Source: an uncultured Methylobacterium sp.
GTDB lineage: Bacteria > Pseudomonadota > Alphaproteobacteria > Rhizobiales > Beijerinckiaceae
NCBI GenBank assembly: GCA_964571245.1
Contig: CAZNAT010000008.1
Location: 7,008-71,007, forward strand
Direction of reading: 5' to 3'
DNA: 64,000 bases
Part shown: piece after piece, positions 52,397 to 63,325 of the stretch
Numbering within the stretch: the stretch's first letter is position 1
Layout: each line of letters opens with the position of its first letter
Program-made: the position numbers and the translations under genes
Notes under the pieces: model-generated
What the model was told of the DNA's origin: nothing
Database searches by the model: none
What the model saw: the letters and a program-made list of their open reading frames with translations, nothing else

Positions 52397-53707
52397 ATGG
52401 CGGGTGACACGATCTATGCGCTGAGCACGGGGTCGGGCGCTTCCGGCATCGCCGTGATCCGCCTTTCCGGCCCGCTCGCAGGTCCTACGTTGGCAGGGCT
52501 CTGTGGCAAATTGCCGGTGCCGCGCTACGCGACCTTCGGTTGGATACGCGATCCGGATACCGGCGAGCGAATCGATTCGGGGGTGTTCCTATTTTTCCCC
52601 GCGCCACGCAGCTTCACGGGCGAAGATCTCGCGGAGATGCAGGTTCACGGCAGCCTTGCCGTTATTCGTCAAATCCTGTCCTGCCTTTCGAAGCTGGGTG
52701 GTCTGCGTGCGGCGGAGGCGGGTGAATTCACGCACCGGGCCTTCATCAACGGGAAGATGGACCTCATCGAAGTCGAGGCCCTCGGCGATCTTCTGGCGGC
52801 GGAAACGGCGGCGCAGGCGCGTCTGGCGCGGCATTACCAGAAAACTCTGCGTGCGGCGGCCCAGCGATGGCGGGCTTCGCTGCTGTCGATCCTCAGTCTG
52901 ACCGAGGCCTATATCGATTTCTCCGACGAGGACGATGTTGGCAAACACATCGATTCGCAGGCGGAACAAGAAATCGCGACCCTGACCCGGGAAATCGAGG
53001 ATGCATTGGCCGCCCTTGCGACAGGGGAGCGGATTCGACGGGGGTTTCGCATCGCCGTTCTGGGACCGCCGAATGCCGGTAAATCCAGTCTGGTGAACGC
53101 ACTTGCTGCGCGAGAGGTGGCGATCACCTCGACAATTCCGGGAACGACCCGCGATGCGATTGATGTTCATCTCGATTTGAAGGGGCTGCCGGTCATCCTG
53201 ACCGATACGGCGGGTCTGCGCGATAGCGCGGATGCTCTGGAGAACGCCGGGATTCTGCGGGCTCAGCAGGCTGCGGAATCAGCGGATCTGGTGCTCTGGC
53301 TGACGCCGGCGAGCGAGAAGGCAACGGCGTGTCCCTATCCCGACGCACTGGCGGTTCGATCCAAGATCGATCTGATCGATTCGGATGCGGCACGACAATT
53401 CCCGCTGGCAATCTCGGTTGAGACGGGGGCCGGGTTGGCGACACTGATCGACGAGCTTCATGCGCGAGCACATCGATCGCTGCACGTTGGCGCGGAAGCC
53501 GTGATTGTCGTACACGAACGGCAGGCAGCGGAGCTCAGAAGCGCTGTTGAGGCGCTTTCTCGGGCCAAGGCGTCTTCTGCCGACGCGCTGGAGCTTCGCG
53601 CCGAGGAGCTACGGGCAGCCTGCCGGAATCTCGATCGACTTACCGGCCGAATCGAATATGACGAAATTCTGGGTGCTTTGTTTTCAAGATTCTGCATCGG
53701 AAAATAA
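52397..53707 (+). CDS. mnmE: tRNA modification GTPase MnmE
   Basis: 436 aa. DTIYALSTG start, G-domain GPPNAGKSSLVNAL..DTAG, C-terminal FCIGK. Confidence 0.95.
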   Translation: MAGDTIYALSTGSGASGIAVIRLSGPLAGPTLAGLCGKLPVPRYATFGWIRDPDTGERIDSGVFLFFPAPRSFTGEDLAEMQVHGSLAVIRQILSCLSKLGGLRAAEAGEFTHRAFINGKMDLIEVEALGDLLAAETAAQARLARHYQKTLRAAAQRWRASLLSILSLTEAYIDFSDEDDVGKHIDSQAEQEIATLTREIEDALAALATGERIRRGFRIAVLGPPNAGKSSLVNALAAREVAITSTIPGTTRDAIDVHLDLKGLPVILTDTAGLRDSADALENAGILRAQQAAESADLVLWLTPASEKATACPYPDALAVRSKIDLIDSDAARQFPLAISVETGAGLATLIDELHARAHRSLHVGAEAVIVVHERQAAELRSAVEALSRAKASSADALELRAEELRAACRNLDRLTGRIEYDEILGALFSRFCIGK

Positions 53708-53711
53708 TCGG

Positions 53712-53727
53712 TGTTTCACGTGAAACA
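53712..53727. promoter_or_regulatory. parS: parS centromere site (perfect palindrome TGTTTCACGTGAAACA)
   Basis: Exact match to the canonical 16-bp ParB-binding consensus TGTTNCACGTGAAACA. Lies in the mnmE-mnmG gap. Confidence 0.85.
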
Positions 53728-53750
53728 TTACCGGAAGGGGAGCCGATCGT

Positions 53751-55622
53751 ATGAGCCGGGGTTTTGATGTCATCGTCGTCGGGGGAGGGCACGCCGGAAC
53801 GGAAGCCGCCGCCGCCGCCGCGCGACTCGGAGCGCGCGTCGCGCTGGTGACCCATTCCCGTGAAACCATCGGGATCATGTCCTGCAATCCGGCGATTGGC
53901 GGGCTCGGAAAAGGCCACCTCGTCCGGGAAATCGACGCGCTCGATGGCATCATGGGCCGTGCGACTGATCGTTCCGGGATTCACTTCAAGGTGCTCAACA
54001 GGAGCAAGGGCCCGGCGGTTCGGGGGCCGCGGGCACAGGCGGATCGCAAGCTCTATCGGTTGGCCGTGCAGCAGTTGCTTGCCGAGCAGGGCGACATCGA
54101 GATCATCGAAGGTGAAGTCACCGACGTCGAGATCCGACACGGTCAAGTGGCGGGCGTCGTCGTCAATGGCGGCCTTGCGTTGGGCTGTGGCGCTGTTGTG
54201 TTGACGACCGGAACCTTTCTTCGTGGCGTTATCCATGTGGGGCAACAACAGGAGCCCGGCGGCCGCATTGGCGAGAAGCCGGCTTCGAAGCTATCGGCCC
54301 GGCTATTTGCCATGGGTTTGAACGTCGGTCGCCTGAAGACCGGCACGCCGCCGCGGCTTGATGGCAGGACCATCGACTGGGCGGCTGTGGAATCCCAGGA
54401 AGGCGATTCGCCTCCGGAACCATTTTCAACTCTCACGGAGCGGATTGAGACTCCTCAGATTGCTTGCGGCATTACCCGGACCAGCAGCCACACGCATCGG
54501 GTCATCCAGGATAATTTGCACCGCTCGGCGATGTATTCGGGGAACATCGAAGGTCGGGGCCCGCGTTACTGCCCCTCGATCGAAGACAAGGTGGTACGGT
54601 TTTCTGATCGCGATTCGCATCAGGTCTTTCTGGAGCCGGAAGGGCTCGATGACCCAACGGTCTACCCGAACGGGCTTTCGACATCGCTGCCCAATGATGT
54701 GCAGGATGCGATGATTGCTTCGATCGTCGGCTTGGAGAAGACGCGGATTCTTCGATATGGCTACGCCATCGAGTATGATTTTGTTGACCCGCGAGAACTG
54801 CATCCGACACTTGAACTCAAGGCTGCCAGAGGACTATTTCTGGCGGGCCAGATCAACGGCACGACCGGCTACGAAGAAGCGGGGGGGCAGGGGCTGGTCG
54901 CCGGGCTCAACGCCGCGCTGCGGGCATCCGGAGGCCGTCCTGTCGAGTTCTCACGCGCCGAGTGCTATCTCGGAGTGATGATCGACGATCTGACGCGGCT
55001 CGGCGTAACCGAGCCCTATCGGATGTTTACTTCCCGCGCCGAGTTCCGGCTGTCGTTGCGCGCGGATAATGCGGACATGCGGCTGTCGGCGCGGGGTGTC
55101 GCGCTGGGGTGTGTTGGCTCCCGGCGCCGCGTGGCCTTTGAGGACAAGCGTGAGACGCTCGATCGGTTCCGGGATCGGTTGCTCTCGATCTCCGTGAGCC
55201 CTCAGGAGGCTGCGACTTTCGGGTTCTCCGTCAATGCAGACGGCGTTCGCCGCAACGGGATGGCGTTGCTGTCCTTTGCCGGGACTCGCTTCGTTGATCT
55301 CGCACGGATTGACGCGTCCCTGCTGGAATGCCCAGATTGGGCGCGGGAAGCGCTGGAAACGGACGCGCATTATTCGGTGTATCTCGATCGGCAGCATGCG
55401 GAGATCGATCGGCTGAAGCGCGATGGCAACGTTATCATTCCCGATGATTTCTCATATGCGTCGCTGATCGGCCTTTCCAACGAGCTGCGCGGCAAGCTGG
55501 AATCGATTCGCCCGCGTTCCATTGCCGAGGCCGGCGGCATTGAGGGGATGACGCCCTCGGCGCTGGTCTTGCTGGCGGCGGTACTGCGTCGATATCCGGG
55601 GGAGGCGCAGCGTGCGTCGTGA
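53751..55622 (+). CDS. mnmG: tRNA uridine 5-carboxymethylaminomethyl modification enzyme MnmG (GidA)
   Basis: 623 aa. [19 protein letters not shown] motif and full-length GidA similarity. Confidence 0.97.
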   Translation: MSRGFDVIVVGGGHAGTEAAAAAARLGARVALVTHSRETIGIMSCNPAIGGLGKGHLVREIDALDGIMGRATDRSGIHFKVLNRSKGPAVRGPRAQADRKLYRLAVQQLLAEQGDIEIIEGEVTDVEIRHGQVAGVVVNGGLALGCGAVVLTTGTFLRGVIHVGQQQEPGGRIGEKPASKLSARLFAMGLNVGRLKTGTPPRLDGRTIDWAAVESQEGDSPPEPFSTLTERIETPQIACGITRTSSHTHRVIQDNLHRSAMYSGNIEGRGPRYCPSIEDKVVRFSDRDSHQVFLEPEGLDDPTVYPNGLSTSLPNDVQDAMIASIVGLEKTRILRYGYAIEYDFVDPRELHPTLELKAARGLFLAGQINGTTGYEEAGGQGLVAGLNAALRASGGRPVEFSRAECYLGVMIDDLTRLGVTEPYRMFTSRAEFRLSLRADNADMRLSARGVALGCVGSRRRVAFEDKRETLDRFRDRLLSISVSPQEAATFGFSVNADGVRRNGMALLSFAGTRFVDLARIDASLLECPDWAREALETDAHYSVYLDRQHAEIDRLKRDGNVIIPDDFSYASLIGLSNELRGKLESIRPRSIAEAGGIEGMTPSALVLLAAVLRRYPGEAQRAS

Positions 55623-56268
55623 TCACCAGACTGGCAGCGTCCGTGATTTTCTGGAGGTCCAGGCCATCCTGGTCGATGAAATGGGTGTTTCACGTGAAAC
55701 ACTCGATCGTCTTTCGGCCTATGTCGCGCTACTGCTCCAATGGCAGGCGCGCATCAATCTGATTTCTCCGGCGACCATCCCCGAAATCTGGTCGCGGCAT
55801 ATCCTTGATTCCGTACAGCTCGCGCGGCTGAAACCATCCGCCCGGCACTGGCTTGATCTTGGGTCCGGTGCCGGGCTGCCCGGTCTGGTTCTCGGATGCC
55901 TGATGGCCGAAGAACCAGCTGCGAAAGTTCATCTTGTCGAGAGCAATGGCAAAAAATCGGCGTTTTTGCGCCATGTGGCGACCGCCCTGTCTTTGCCGGT
56001 AACGGTTCACGGCACGCGCATCGAAACCGCCCTGCCAATGCTGTCGCAACCGGATGTCATCACCGCCCGCGCTTTGGCGCCGTTGGTCGATTTGCTCGGC
56101 TACACCAATCTCCTGTTGAAAAGGGGGGCTATCGGGCTGTTTCCCAAGGGGCGGGAGTTCGATGAGGAATTGACCTTGGCGCAAAGAAGCTGGCATTTCA
56201 CCTATGTGCTTCATCCAAGCGTGACGGACCCGGAGGCGCGAATCATCGAGGTTTCGATGACTGAGTGA
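55612..56268 (+). CDS. rsmG: 16S rRNA (guanine527-N7)-methyltransferase RsmG (GidB)
   Basis: [17 protein letters not shown] motif. GTG 55612 has GGAGG 6 nt upstream. An alternative start is ATG 55681. Confidence 0.9.
   Translation: MRRDHQTGSVRDFLEVQAILVDEMGVSRETLDRLSAYVALLLQWQARINLISPATIPEIWSRHILDSVQLARLKPSARHWLDLGSGAGLPGLVLGCLMAEEPAAKVHLVESNGKKSAFLRHVATALSLPVTVHGTRIETALPMLSQPDVITARALAPLVDLLGYTNLLLKRGAIGLFPKGREFDEELTLAQRSWHFTYVLHPSVTDPEARIIEVSMTE
55686..55701. promoter_or_regulatory. parS: parS centromere site (perfect palindrome TGTTTCACGTGAAACA) inside rsmG
   Basis: Identical 16-mer to 53712-53727. Its central bases are read as V-S-R-E-T in the rsmG frame. Confidence 0.85.
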
Positions 56269-56347
56269 CCTGGCTTGAGGCTGAAATCAAGCAAAGGCCG
56301 GCATATCGGGTGGCTAGTGCGTTGAAATCGTGAAGGAATGACGTCTG

Positions 56348-57148
56348 ATGCATCCACGGGTCCTGACTGTCGCGAATCAAAAGGGTGGCGTCGGCAAAAC
56401 CACGACGGCCATCAATCTTGGTACGGCGCTTGCCGCGATCGGGGAAAATGTTCTGCTGATTGACCTCGACCCGCAGGGCAATGCCTCAACCGGTCTCGGT
56501 GTGGAAATGCGCGCGCGCAAGCTGTCGGCTTATGATGTGCTGATGGGCGATGTCGGCATCGTCGAGGCGGCGATCGCGACGGATGTTCCCCGTGTTTCCA
56601 TTGTTCCCGCGACGATGGATCTCCTGGGGTCGGAAATCACGCTGGCGTCGCAGAAGGACCGTACGCATCGGCTCAAGAGCGCGATTACCGCGATGTCCGA
56701 ACGGCAGGGTGGTTCGCCGTACTCCTATATTCTCATCGACTGCCCGCCCTCGCTCAATCTGTTGACGATCAATGCAATGGCGGCGGCGGATGGCATTCTG
56801 GTGCCGCTGCAGTGTGAGTTCTTCGCGCTGGAGGGGCTGAGCCAGCTGCTCAAGACGGTTGAACAGGTCCGGAGCAGCATCAATCCAGATCTTGAAATTC
56901 ACGGCGTGGTTCTGACGATGTTTGACCCCCGTAATAATCTTGCCAATCAGGTCATTCGCGACGTCCGGCAGTTTCTGGGAGCCAAGGTGTTTGAGACGGT
57001 GATTCCGCGGAATGTCCGGGTATCTGAGGCGCCTTCCTACGGCAAACCCGTGCTGCTCTACGATCTCAAGTGCGCCGGTAGCCAGGCCTATCTGAAGCTT
57101 GCGTCCGAAGTCATCCAGCGCGAGCGGCTGCTTCAGGCGGCTGAATAA
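56348..57148 (+). CDS. parA: Chromosome partitioning ATPase ParA
   Basis: 266 aa. Deviant Walker A NQKGGVGKTTTAINL. Confidence 0.95.
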   Translation: MHPRVLTVANQKGGVGKTTTAINLGTALAAIGENVLLIDLDPQGNASTGLGVEMRARKLSAYDVLMGDVGIVEAAIATDVPRVSIVPATMDLLGSEITLASQKDRTHRLKSAITAMSERQGGSPYSYILIDCPPSLNLLTINAMAAADGILVPLQCEFFALEGLSQLLKTVEQVRSSINPDLEIHGVVLTMFDPRNNLANQVIRDVRQFLGAKVFETVIPRNVRVSEAPSYGKPVLLYDLKCAGSQAYLKLASEVIQRERLLQAAE

Positions 57149-57172
57149 CCAAGATAAGCGGAGGGCGCTTCC

Positions 57173-58072
57173 ATGGCCGAAGATAATCCACGTATGCGTC
57201 TCGGGCGCGGCCTCGCTGCCCTTCTTGGGGACGTCGGCAATGAGGAAAATGCCGAGGCGCGCAACCGCGCCCAGCGGCGCGTTCCCATCGAATTTCTTCG
57301 CGCCAATCCCCAAAACCCCCGGCAGTCGTTTCCGGAAGCCGAACTCGAGGAGCTGACCGCTTCGATTCGCGAGCGTGACATTATTCAGCCGATCATCGTC
57401 CGTGGTGTCGTCGGGGTCGCCGACGCCTTCGAGATCATCGCCGGCGAGCGCCGGTGGCGGGCAGCCCAGCGGGCCGGCCTGCACGATGTTCCGGTTGTTA
57501 TTGTCGAGGCGGATGATCGGCAGGCGCTCGAATTCGCGATCATCGAGAATATCCAGCGCGCGGATCTCAATCCGCTCGATGAGGCGCGCGGCTACGAGAA
57601 CCTGATTGCGCAGTTCAGCTACACGCAGGCCGATCTCGCAAAGGTCATGGGCAAAAGCCGCAGTCATGTCGCCAATACCATGCGGCTTGGCCGGTTGCCG
57701 GAAGGCGTGAAGGAAAAGGTTGCCTCCGGCGCGATTTCCGCCGGTCATGCGCGCGCACTGCTCGCCGTTTCGGATCCGGAACTGGTTTCACGTCGGATTG
57801 TTGACCAGGGATTGACGGTCCGGGATGTCGAGCGGATCGCGCAGCGCGAGGCCGAGAGCCCGGATGACGGCGCTAAAAAGGCGCGGAAACCGCCGGAACG
57901 GGATGCCGATACTGCCGCGCTCGAAAAGCGCCTGTCGGAAATCCTTGGTCTTGTGGTGTCGGTGGAGCATCGGGGCGAGGCGGGCGGCACGGTGCGGATC
58001 CGCTATCGTACGCTGGAGCAGCTGGAGCTGCTCAGCCATAAACTCGCCCAGGGCGGCTCATCGCCGGCGTGA
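57173..58072 (+). CDS. parB: Chromosome partitioning protein ParB
   Basis: 299 aa. RLGRGLAALLG start, GERRWRAA arginine patch and HTH region. Confidence 0.95.
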   Translation: MAEDNPRMRLGRGLAALLGDVGNEENAEARNRAQRRVPIEFLRANPQNPRQSFPEAELEELTASIRERDIIQPIIVRGVVGVADAFEIIAGERRWRAAQRAGLHDVPVVIVEADDRQALEFAIIENIQRADLNPLDEARGYENLIAQFSYTQADLAKVMGKSRSHVANTMRLGRLPEGVKEKVASGAISAGHARALLAVSDPELVSRRIVDQGLTVRDVERIAQREAESPDDGAKKARKPPERDADTAALEKRLSEILGLVVSVEHRGEAGGTVRIRYRTLEQLELLSHKLAQGGSSPA

Positions 58073-59074
58073 CGCCAGCGCGATCGACCACAGCGCCCGC
58101 ACGGTCACGGTTTCCTCGATCGCGGGGGTCCGGCGGGCTTGATCCTGGGCGCCGGCCAGGGTTTCGATCGCCTTTGCCAGCATCGGCAGGTCCCAGCGCG
58201 CGGTTTGGGCGCGGACACGGTCTTGCCGGCGAAAAAAGATACGCTCATTTCGCATGGCGGTATCCAGCGAGCCGCCAGCCTTCGATACAGCAAGCCGCCT
58301 CAACAGCATCGCGTGGTTCATGGCCAGGGCGATCAGCCCGGATGGATTGATTCCCTCCCGAAACGACCGCAGCGCGACGTGTTCCAGCTCTTCCAGCTTA
58401 CCCTCGAAAGCCCGGTCGATCGGTTCGCTTCCGGCCTGATCGGACGAATCGGCGATCAGGGCATCGATATCCGCGACCTCGACCGCGATCTGCCCGCGGC
58501 AGTAAAGCAGGAGCTTGTCGATTTCCATTTCGGACAGGGCGTGATCCGAGCCGAGCAGATCGACGAGATAGGCCCGGGCGACGGGCGTCATGGAAAGCCC
58601 TGCCGCTTTTGCCTGCGTGTCGATCAGCTCCTGGAGATCCTGTCGTGACGGCGGATAGCAGGTGATGGCGGCCATCGCAGCCCCCTGTTCGAAGGCCGTT
58701 CGCAGCGGTGAGGTTTTTGCCAGATCGTCGGCCTGAAAGATCACCGTTGAATCGATCGGCGGCACATCGATCAGAGGGAGCCAGACGCCTTTTTGCAGGC
58801 GACCGGCCTGAGAGACGACAATCACCCGCTTGCCGCCGAACATGCTGATGGCATTGGCTTCGTCGAGCAGCCGCGCAGGGTCGGCATTCAGCGTTTCCGC
58901 GTCAAAATCCACCCGGTTGAGGGCATCCGCGTCCGGACCGAGGATCGTGGTGACCATGGCGCGCACGCGCGTGCGAACGGCGCCTTCGTCTGGTCCGTGG
59001 ACGAGAACTAGTGGCACTGAGCGACAGCCCGAAGCGATAAAACGCTGGATATCGCCCGGGCGAACCGCAGTCAT
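58058..59074 (-). CDS. holA: DNA polymerase III delta subunit
   Basis: Start set at MTAVRPGDIQRFI (ATG 59074). About 338 aa, typical HolA length. Conserved leuS-lptE-holA order. Confidence 0.85.
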   Translation of the reverse strand: MTAVRPGDIQRFIASGCRSVPLVLVHGPDEGAVRTRVRAMVTTILGPDADALNRVDFDAETLNADPARLLDEANAISMFGGKRVIVVSQAGRLQKGVWLPLIDVPPIDSTVIFQADDLAKTSPLRTAFEQGAAMAAITCYPPSRQDLQELIDTQAKAAGLSMTPVARAYLVDLLGSDHALSEMEIDKLLLYCRGQIAVEVADIDALIADSSDQAGSEPIDRAFEGKLEELEHVALRSFREGINPSGLIALAMNHAMLLRRLAVSKAGGSLDTAMRNERIFFRRQDRVRAQTARWDLPMLAKAIETLAGAQDQARRTPAIEETVTVRALWSIALASRRR

Positions 59075-59084
59075 GGAGGTCGGC

Positions 59085-59696
59085 CTAGTTTTCGTCGCCG
59101 GGCTCGCTGGCCTTCTCGTCCGGATCCGGGGGCGAGAGCGCCGGCGGGGCGGCGGCACTGGCCGGAGAGTCCTTGGCCAGGGCGGTGGTGATGATGATGC
59201 GCAGGCGTTCGGCCAGCGATTTTGCGACACGCTCCTCGGCATCGCGCTCGGCACGCAGGGTCGCGAAGCGCATCTGTGAGCGATCGAACGAGGCCGAGGC
59301 AAACGTCTTGCCGGAGGCCTTGATCTTGCCGTCCTGCTTTTGATCGACGAGGACATAGACCGCTTCGATCTGCAACGTCGCGATCTGGGCGCGCCCGGTC
59401 GAGGCGTCGATGACGCTGGAGGCCTTGGTTTGCGCCGTTTTGATCTTCAGCAGATAGCGCCCGCCCCTCGTCGGGCTCGCGCCGCCCGTCAGAAGAAAGT
59501 CGAGCTCGGACTTCAGCGCATAGCCGAGATAGCCGTCGATCCGGTCGACCGTGACCTGAGCGAGCCGCTCGCTCGCCCTTGAGCCGCCGCCGAGGCTCGG
59601 GGCATGGACCGGCTGGATGCAGCCGCCAAGCAGGCCCGCAAGTAGGCCCGCCAAAACAACCAGCGCGGCAGGGCGGGTGTGGTTCGACCGGATCAT
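59085..59696 (-). CDS. lptE: LPS-assembly lipoprotein LptE
   Basis: Start set at MIRSNH (ATG 59696, GGAGGGAA upstream). Lipobox LLGGC. Conserved position between leuS and holA. Confidence 0.8.
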   Translation of the reverse strand: MIRSNHTRPAALVVLAGLLAGLLGGCIQPVHAPSLGGGSRASERLAQVTVDRIDGYLGYALKSELDFLLTGGASPTRGGRYLLKIKTAQTKASSVIDASTGRAQIATLQIEAVYVLVDQKQDGKIKASGKTFASASFDRSQMRFATLRAERDAEERVAKSLAERLRIIITTALAKDSPASAAAPPALSPPDPDEKASEPGDEN

Positions 59697-59745
59697 GCTG
59701 GTTCCCTCCGACGGGCCACGGCGGTGCCGGGGCGCGTCCATCTCA

Positions 59746-62382
59746 TCAAGTGACAATATTCACGATCCGCTTCGCTACCACAATCACCTTGCGGATGGCC
59801 TTGCCTTCCAGCAGGGCAACGACTTTGGCATCGGCCCGAACAAGCGCCTCGACGGCCTCGACGCCGGCTTCGGCGGGGACGTCGATCTCGCCGCGCTTCT
59901 TGCCGTTGATCTGGATCGGCAGCGTGATGGTGGCCTCGACGATCAGCGCCGCATCCGCCTTCGGCCAGGCGGCATTGGCGATCAACCCGGTGCCGCCGAG
60001 CTCGGGCCAGCATTCCTCCGCCAGATGCGGCATCATCGGCGCGAAAAGCTGCACCATGATCCGCGTCGCCCCGCGAATCGCCTCATCGCGCGCCGGGCTT
60101 GCGGCTTCCGACAGCGCGGCTGAAATGGCATTGGAGAGGTCGTGGACATGCGCGATGCAGCGATTGAATCGCAGCCGCTCCAGATCATCCCCGACCGCGA
60201 CGATGGCCTTGTGCGCGGCCTTCTTCACGGGATGAACCTGCTCAGCGCTGCCCGGAGAGGGTGCGGAGGTCACGGGGAGCTGCTTGGCCTCGCCGACCAG
60301 ACGCCAGATCTTCTGGACGAAGCGTGAGGCGCCCTGAACCCCTTCTTCACTCCAGATGACGTCGCGTTCGGGCGGCGAATCCGAGAGCATGAACCATCGC
60401 GCGGTATCCGCGCCATAGCTCTCGATGATGTCGTCGGGATCGACGACATTCTTCTTCGATTTCGACATTTTCTCGATCGAGCCGATGATGGCCGGCTTGC
60501 CGGTGGCGATCTCGAACGCGCGCCGACCGTTATCGCCGCTCTCGATCTGCACCTCGACCGGGGACAGCCAGGCACCGGCCTCGGAGCGGTAGGTCTCGTG
60601 CACCACCATGCCCTGCGTGAACAGCCCCTGAAATGGCTCCTTGAGTGAGGCGTGCCCGGTCATCGTCATCGCGCGGGTGAAAAAGCGCGAATAGAGGAGA
60701 TGCAGGATCGCGTGCTCGATGCCACCGATATACTGGTCGACCGGCAGCCACTTGGCGATGGCCTCCGGCGTGGTCGGGTTTTCGGCATTGAAGGGGTCGG
60801 TGAAACGGGCGAAATACCACGACGAATCCACGAAAGTGTCCATGGTGTCGGTTTCACGACGCGCGGGCTTGCCGCAACCCGGGCAGTTCGTGTGCTTCCA
60901 GGTGGGATGGCGATCGAGCGGATTGCCGGGGACGTCAAAGGTCACATCCTCCGGCAGGATGACCGGAAGGGCCGAATTCGGCACCGGAACGATGCCGCAA
61001 TCATCGCAATGGACGATCGGAATCGGGCAGCCCCAGTAGCGCTGACGCGAAATGCCCCAATCGCGCAGCCGGAAATTGACTTTGCGCTGACCGACGGGGC
61101 GGCCGCCCTTTGATTCGGACTCGAAACGCTTGGCCACCGCCTGTTTGGCGGCCTCGACGGTCAGGCCATCGAGAAAACCGGAGTTGAACAGGATGCCATC
61201 GCCATCCGTCGGCGGATTCTGGCGTTCGAAGGCCGCATTGGCTTCGAGATCCGATTCGCTTGGCGTACGGATCACCGGCTTGATCGGCAGGCCATAGGCG
61301 ATCGCGAAATCATAATCGCGTTGGTCATGCGCCGGGCAGCCGAAGATCGCGCCGGTGCCATAATCCATCAGGATGAAGTTGGCGACGTAAACCGGCACTT
61401 CCTGCGTGGGATCGAGCGGGTGGACCGCGCGAATGCCGGTGTCGTAGCCCTTCTTTTCGGCGGTATCGACGCTCGCCTGCGAGGTTCCCATCCGGCGGCA
61501 TTCCTCAAGGAACGTCAGCAGGGCCGGGTCGCGTGCTCCGGCGGCCTTTGCCAGCGGATGATCCGCCGCAACCGCCATAAAGCTCGCGCCGAACAGCGTG
61601 TCCGGCCGCGTCGTGTAGATTTCCAGCTCGTCAAAGCCGGCAGGCGCGGTGCCTTCCACCAGCGCCCAGCGCAGGCTCAATCCTTCGGACTTGCCGATCC
61701 AGTTCGCCTGCATCAGCCGGACTTTTTCGGGCCAGCGATCAAGGCCGTCGAGCGCGGAGAGGAGTTCCTCGGAGTAATCCGAGATCTTCAGGAACCATTG
61801 CGTCAGCTCGCGCTGCTCGACCAGCGCGCCGGAGCGCCAGCCGCGCCCATCGATGACCTGTTCGTTCGCCAGTACGGTGTGGTCGACCGGATCCCAGTTC
61901 ACCTTGGAGGTCTTGCGCGCCACGAGCCCGGCTTTGAGAAAATCCAGAAACATCCGCTGCTGATGCTTATAGTATTTCGGCTCGCAGGTCGCGAATTCGC
62001 GCGACCAGTCGAGGCTGAGGCCCATCGACTTCAGCTGGCCTTTCATGGTCGCGATATTGGCGTAGGTCCAGGTGCCCGGGTGGCTGTTCTTTTCCATCGC
62101 GGCGTTTTCGGCCGGCATGCCGAAGGCGTCCCAGCCCATCGGGTGGAGCACGGCATGGCCTTTGGCGCGGCGATACCGGGCTACCACGTCGCCCATCGCG
62201 TAGTTGCGGACATGGCCCATGTGGATGCGGCCGGAAGGGTAGGGAAACATCTCGAGGACGTAGTATTTCGGACGTGGATCATCGGTCCTTGTCTCGAAGA
62301 CTTTTCCCTGATCCCAGGTTTTCTGCCAGCGGGCTTCGGCTTCGCGGAAGTTGTAGCGGCGATTGGAAGGATTCTCGCGCAT
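59746..62382 (-). CDS. leuS: Leucine--tRNA ligase
   Basis: Start set at [20 protein letters not shown] (ATG 62382). HIGH ([11 protein letters not shown]) and KMSKS motifs. Confidence 0.96.
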   Translation of the reverse strand: MRENPSNRRYNFREAEARWQKTWDQGKVFETRTDDPRPKYYVLEMFPYPSGRIHMGHVRNYAMGDVVARYRRAKGHAVLHPMGWDAFGMPAENAAMEKNSHPGTWTYANIATMKGQLKSMGLSLDWSREFATCEPKYYKHQQRMFLDFLKAGLVARKTSKVNWDPVDHTVLANEQVIDGRGWRSGALVEQRELTQWFLKISDYSEELLSALDGLDRWPEKVRLMQANWIGKSEGLSLRWALVEGTAPAGFDELEIYTTRPDTLFGASFMAVAADHPLAKAAGARDPALLTFLEECRRMGTSQASVDTAEKKGYDTGIRAVHPLDPTQEVPVYVANFILMDYGTGAIFGCPAHDQRDYDFAIAYGLPIKPVIRTPSESDLEANAAFERQNPPTDGDGILFNSGFLDGLTVEAAKQAVAKRFESESKGGRPVGQRKVNFRLRDWGISRQRYWGCPIPIVHCDDCGIVPVPNSALPVILPEDVTFDVPGNPLDRHPTWKHTNCPGCGKPARRETDTMDTFVDSSWYFARFTDPFNAENPTTPEAIAKWLPVDQYIGGIEHAILHLLYSRFFTRAMTMTGHASLKEPFQGLFTQGMVVHETYRSEAGAWLSPVEVQIESGDNGRRAFEIATGKPAIIGSIEKMSKSKKNVVDPDDIIESYGADTARWFMLSDSPPERDVIWSEEGVQGASRFVQKIWRLVGEAKQLPVTSAPSPGSAEQVHPVKKAAHKAIVAVGDDLERLRFNRCIAHVHDLSNAISAALSEAASPARDEAIRGATRIMVQLFAPMMPHLAEECWPELGGTGLIANAAWPKADAALIVEATITLPIQINGKKRGEIDVPAEAGVEAVEALVRADAKVVALLEGKAIRKVIVVAKRIVNIVT

Positions 62383-62612
62383 CGGGTTATCGGGTCTCGG
62401 ATTATCGGGTGTCGGCACGCTGAACCTGTGCCCGGATTGGGATGGGGCAGGCCGAAGCAATGCCCGGAAATCACCGGGAAGCAACGACGAATTCGATTGG
62501 GTATGGACATCATTCCGTCTTTGCGGTCAACGAGGATTCATCGTCACCCCCGGCGCGAACGCGCGCTTGCGCGGTGAAAAGCGGGCGACACGGCGAAAAG
62601 CGGGAGATCGGC

Positions 62613-63317
62613 ATGACCGAAGCGACACGTGGTGAACGGAGCGTGGCTGACAATCTCGCCGAAATCCGTGCCGATATCGCCCGGTCGGAGCGTGACTATG
62701 GCCGAAGGCCGGGCTCGGTGATGCTGGTGGCGGTTTCCAAGACCAAGCCCGTCGATGACATCATCCCGGCGCTGGAGGCTGGGCAGCGGGTTTTCGGCGA
62801 AAATCGCGTTCAGGAAGCGCAAGAGAAATGGCCGGACCTGCGCCAGCGTTATCCGGGCATCGAGTTGCACCTCATTGGTCCGTTGCAGACCAACAAGGTC
62901 AGGGAGGCCGTCGCCGTGTTCGATGTCATCGAGACCGTCGACCGCGAATCGCTGGCTGCGGCCCTCGCCAGGGAAATCGGGAAGACCGGCCACGCGCCGC
63001 GCCTTTATGTGCAGGTCAATACCGGCGCCGAGCCACAAAAGGCCGGCATTCTCCCGGATGCGGCGGATGCTTTCATCGAGCGCTGCCGAACAACGCACGG
63101 GTTGGCGATCGACGGCCTGATGTGCATACCGCCGATCGATGAGCCGCCCTCGGCGCATTTTGCGCTGCTTGGCAAGATCGCACGGCGGAACGGGATTGCT
63201 GTGCTCTCGATGGGTATGAGCGCGGATTTTGACGCTGCGATCCAGCTCGGGGCCACGCATGTGCGCATCGGTTCGGCGATATTCGGCGCGCGTCCGCCAC
63301 TCCGGGCGCAAGGCTGA
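62613..63317 (+). CDS. yggS: YggS-family pyridoxal-phosphate homeostasis protein
   Basis: Start set at ATG 62613 (GGGAGA upstream). LVAVSKTKP (PLP lysine) and HLIGPLQTNK motifs. Confidence 0.9.
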   Translation: MTEATRGERSVADNLAEIRADIARSERDYGRRPGSVMLVAVSKTKPVDDIIPALEAGQRVFGENRVQEAQEKWPDLRQRYPGIELHLIGPLQTNKVREAVAVFDVIETVDRESLAAALAREIGKTGHAPRLYVQVNTGAEPQKAGILPDAADAFIERCRTTHGLAIDGLMCIPPIDEPPSAHFALLGKIARRNGIAVLSMGMSADFDAAIQLGATHVRIGSAIFGARPPLRAQG

Positions 63318-63325
63318 CTCCGGGA

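Noticed and set aside
57783-57798. TGGTTTCACGTCGGAT inside parB, which looks like a parS half-site.
   Set aside because: Only about 10/16 matches to the consensus, and the right half is lost. Not a credible ParB site without experimental support.
58058-59356. Long N-terminal extensions in the ORF track for holA, leuS (to 62484), murJ (to 32524), rimP (to 16801), fur (to 26973), ybeY (to 22984), usp (to 29654), aroE, maf, Tim44-like, XRE, yggS and uraH.
   Set aside because: The extensions are Arg/Pro/Ser-rich, lack homology, often overlap the upstream gene, and skip internal starts that have good SD spacing and match homologue N-termini. I trimmed them rather than calling unusual long isoforms.
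62383-62612. Short direct repeats in the leuS-yggS divergent region: TTATCGGGT x2 at 62387-62410 and GAAAAGCGGG x2 at 62575-62603.
   Set aside because: These are 9-10-bp repeats in GC-rich DNA with no dyad symmetry and no recognisable consensus. They are plausibly chance or slippage.
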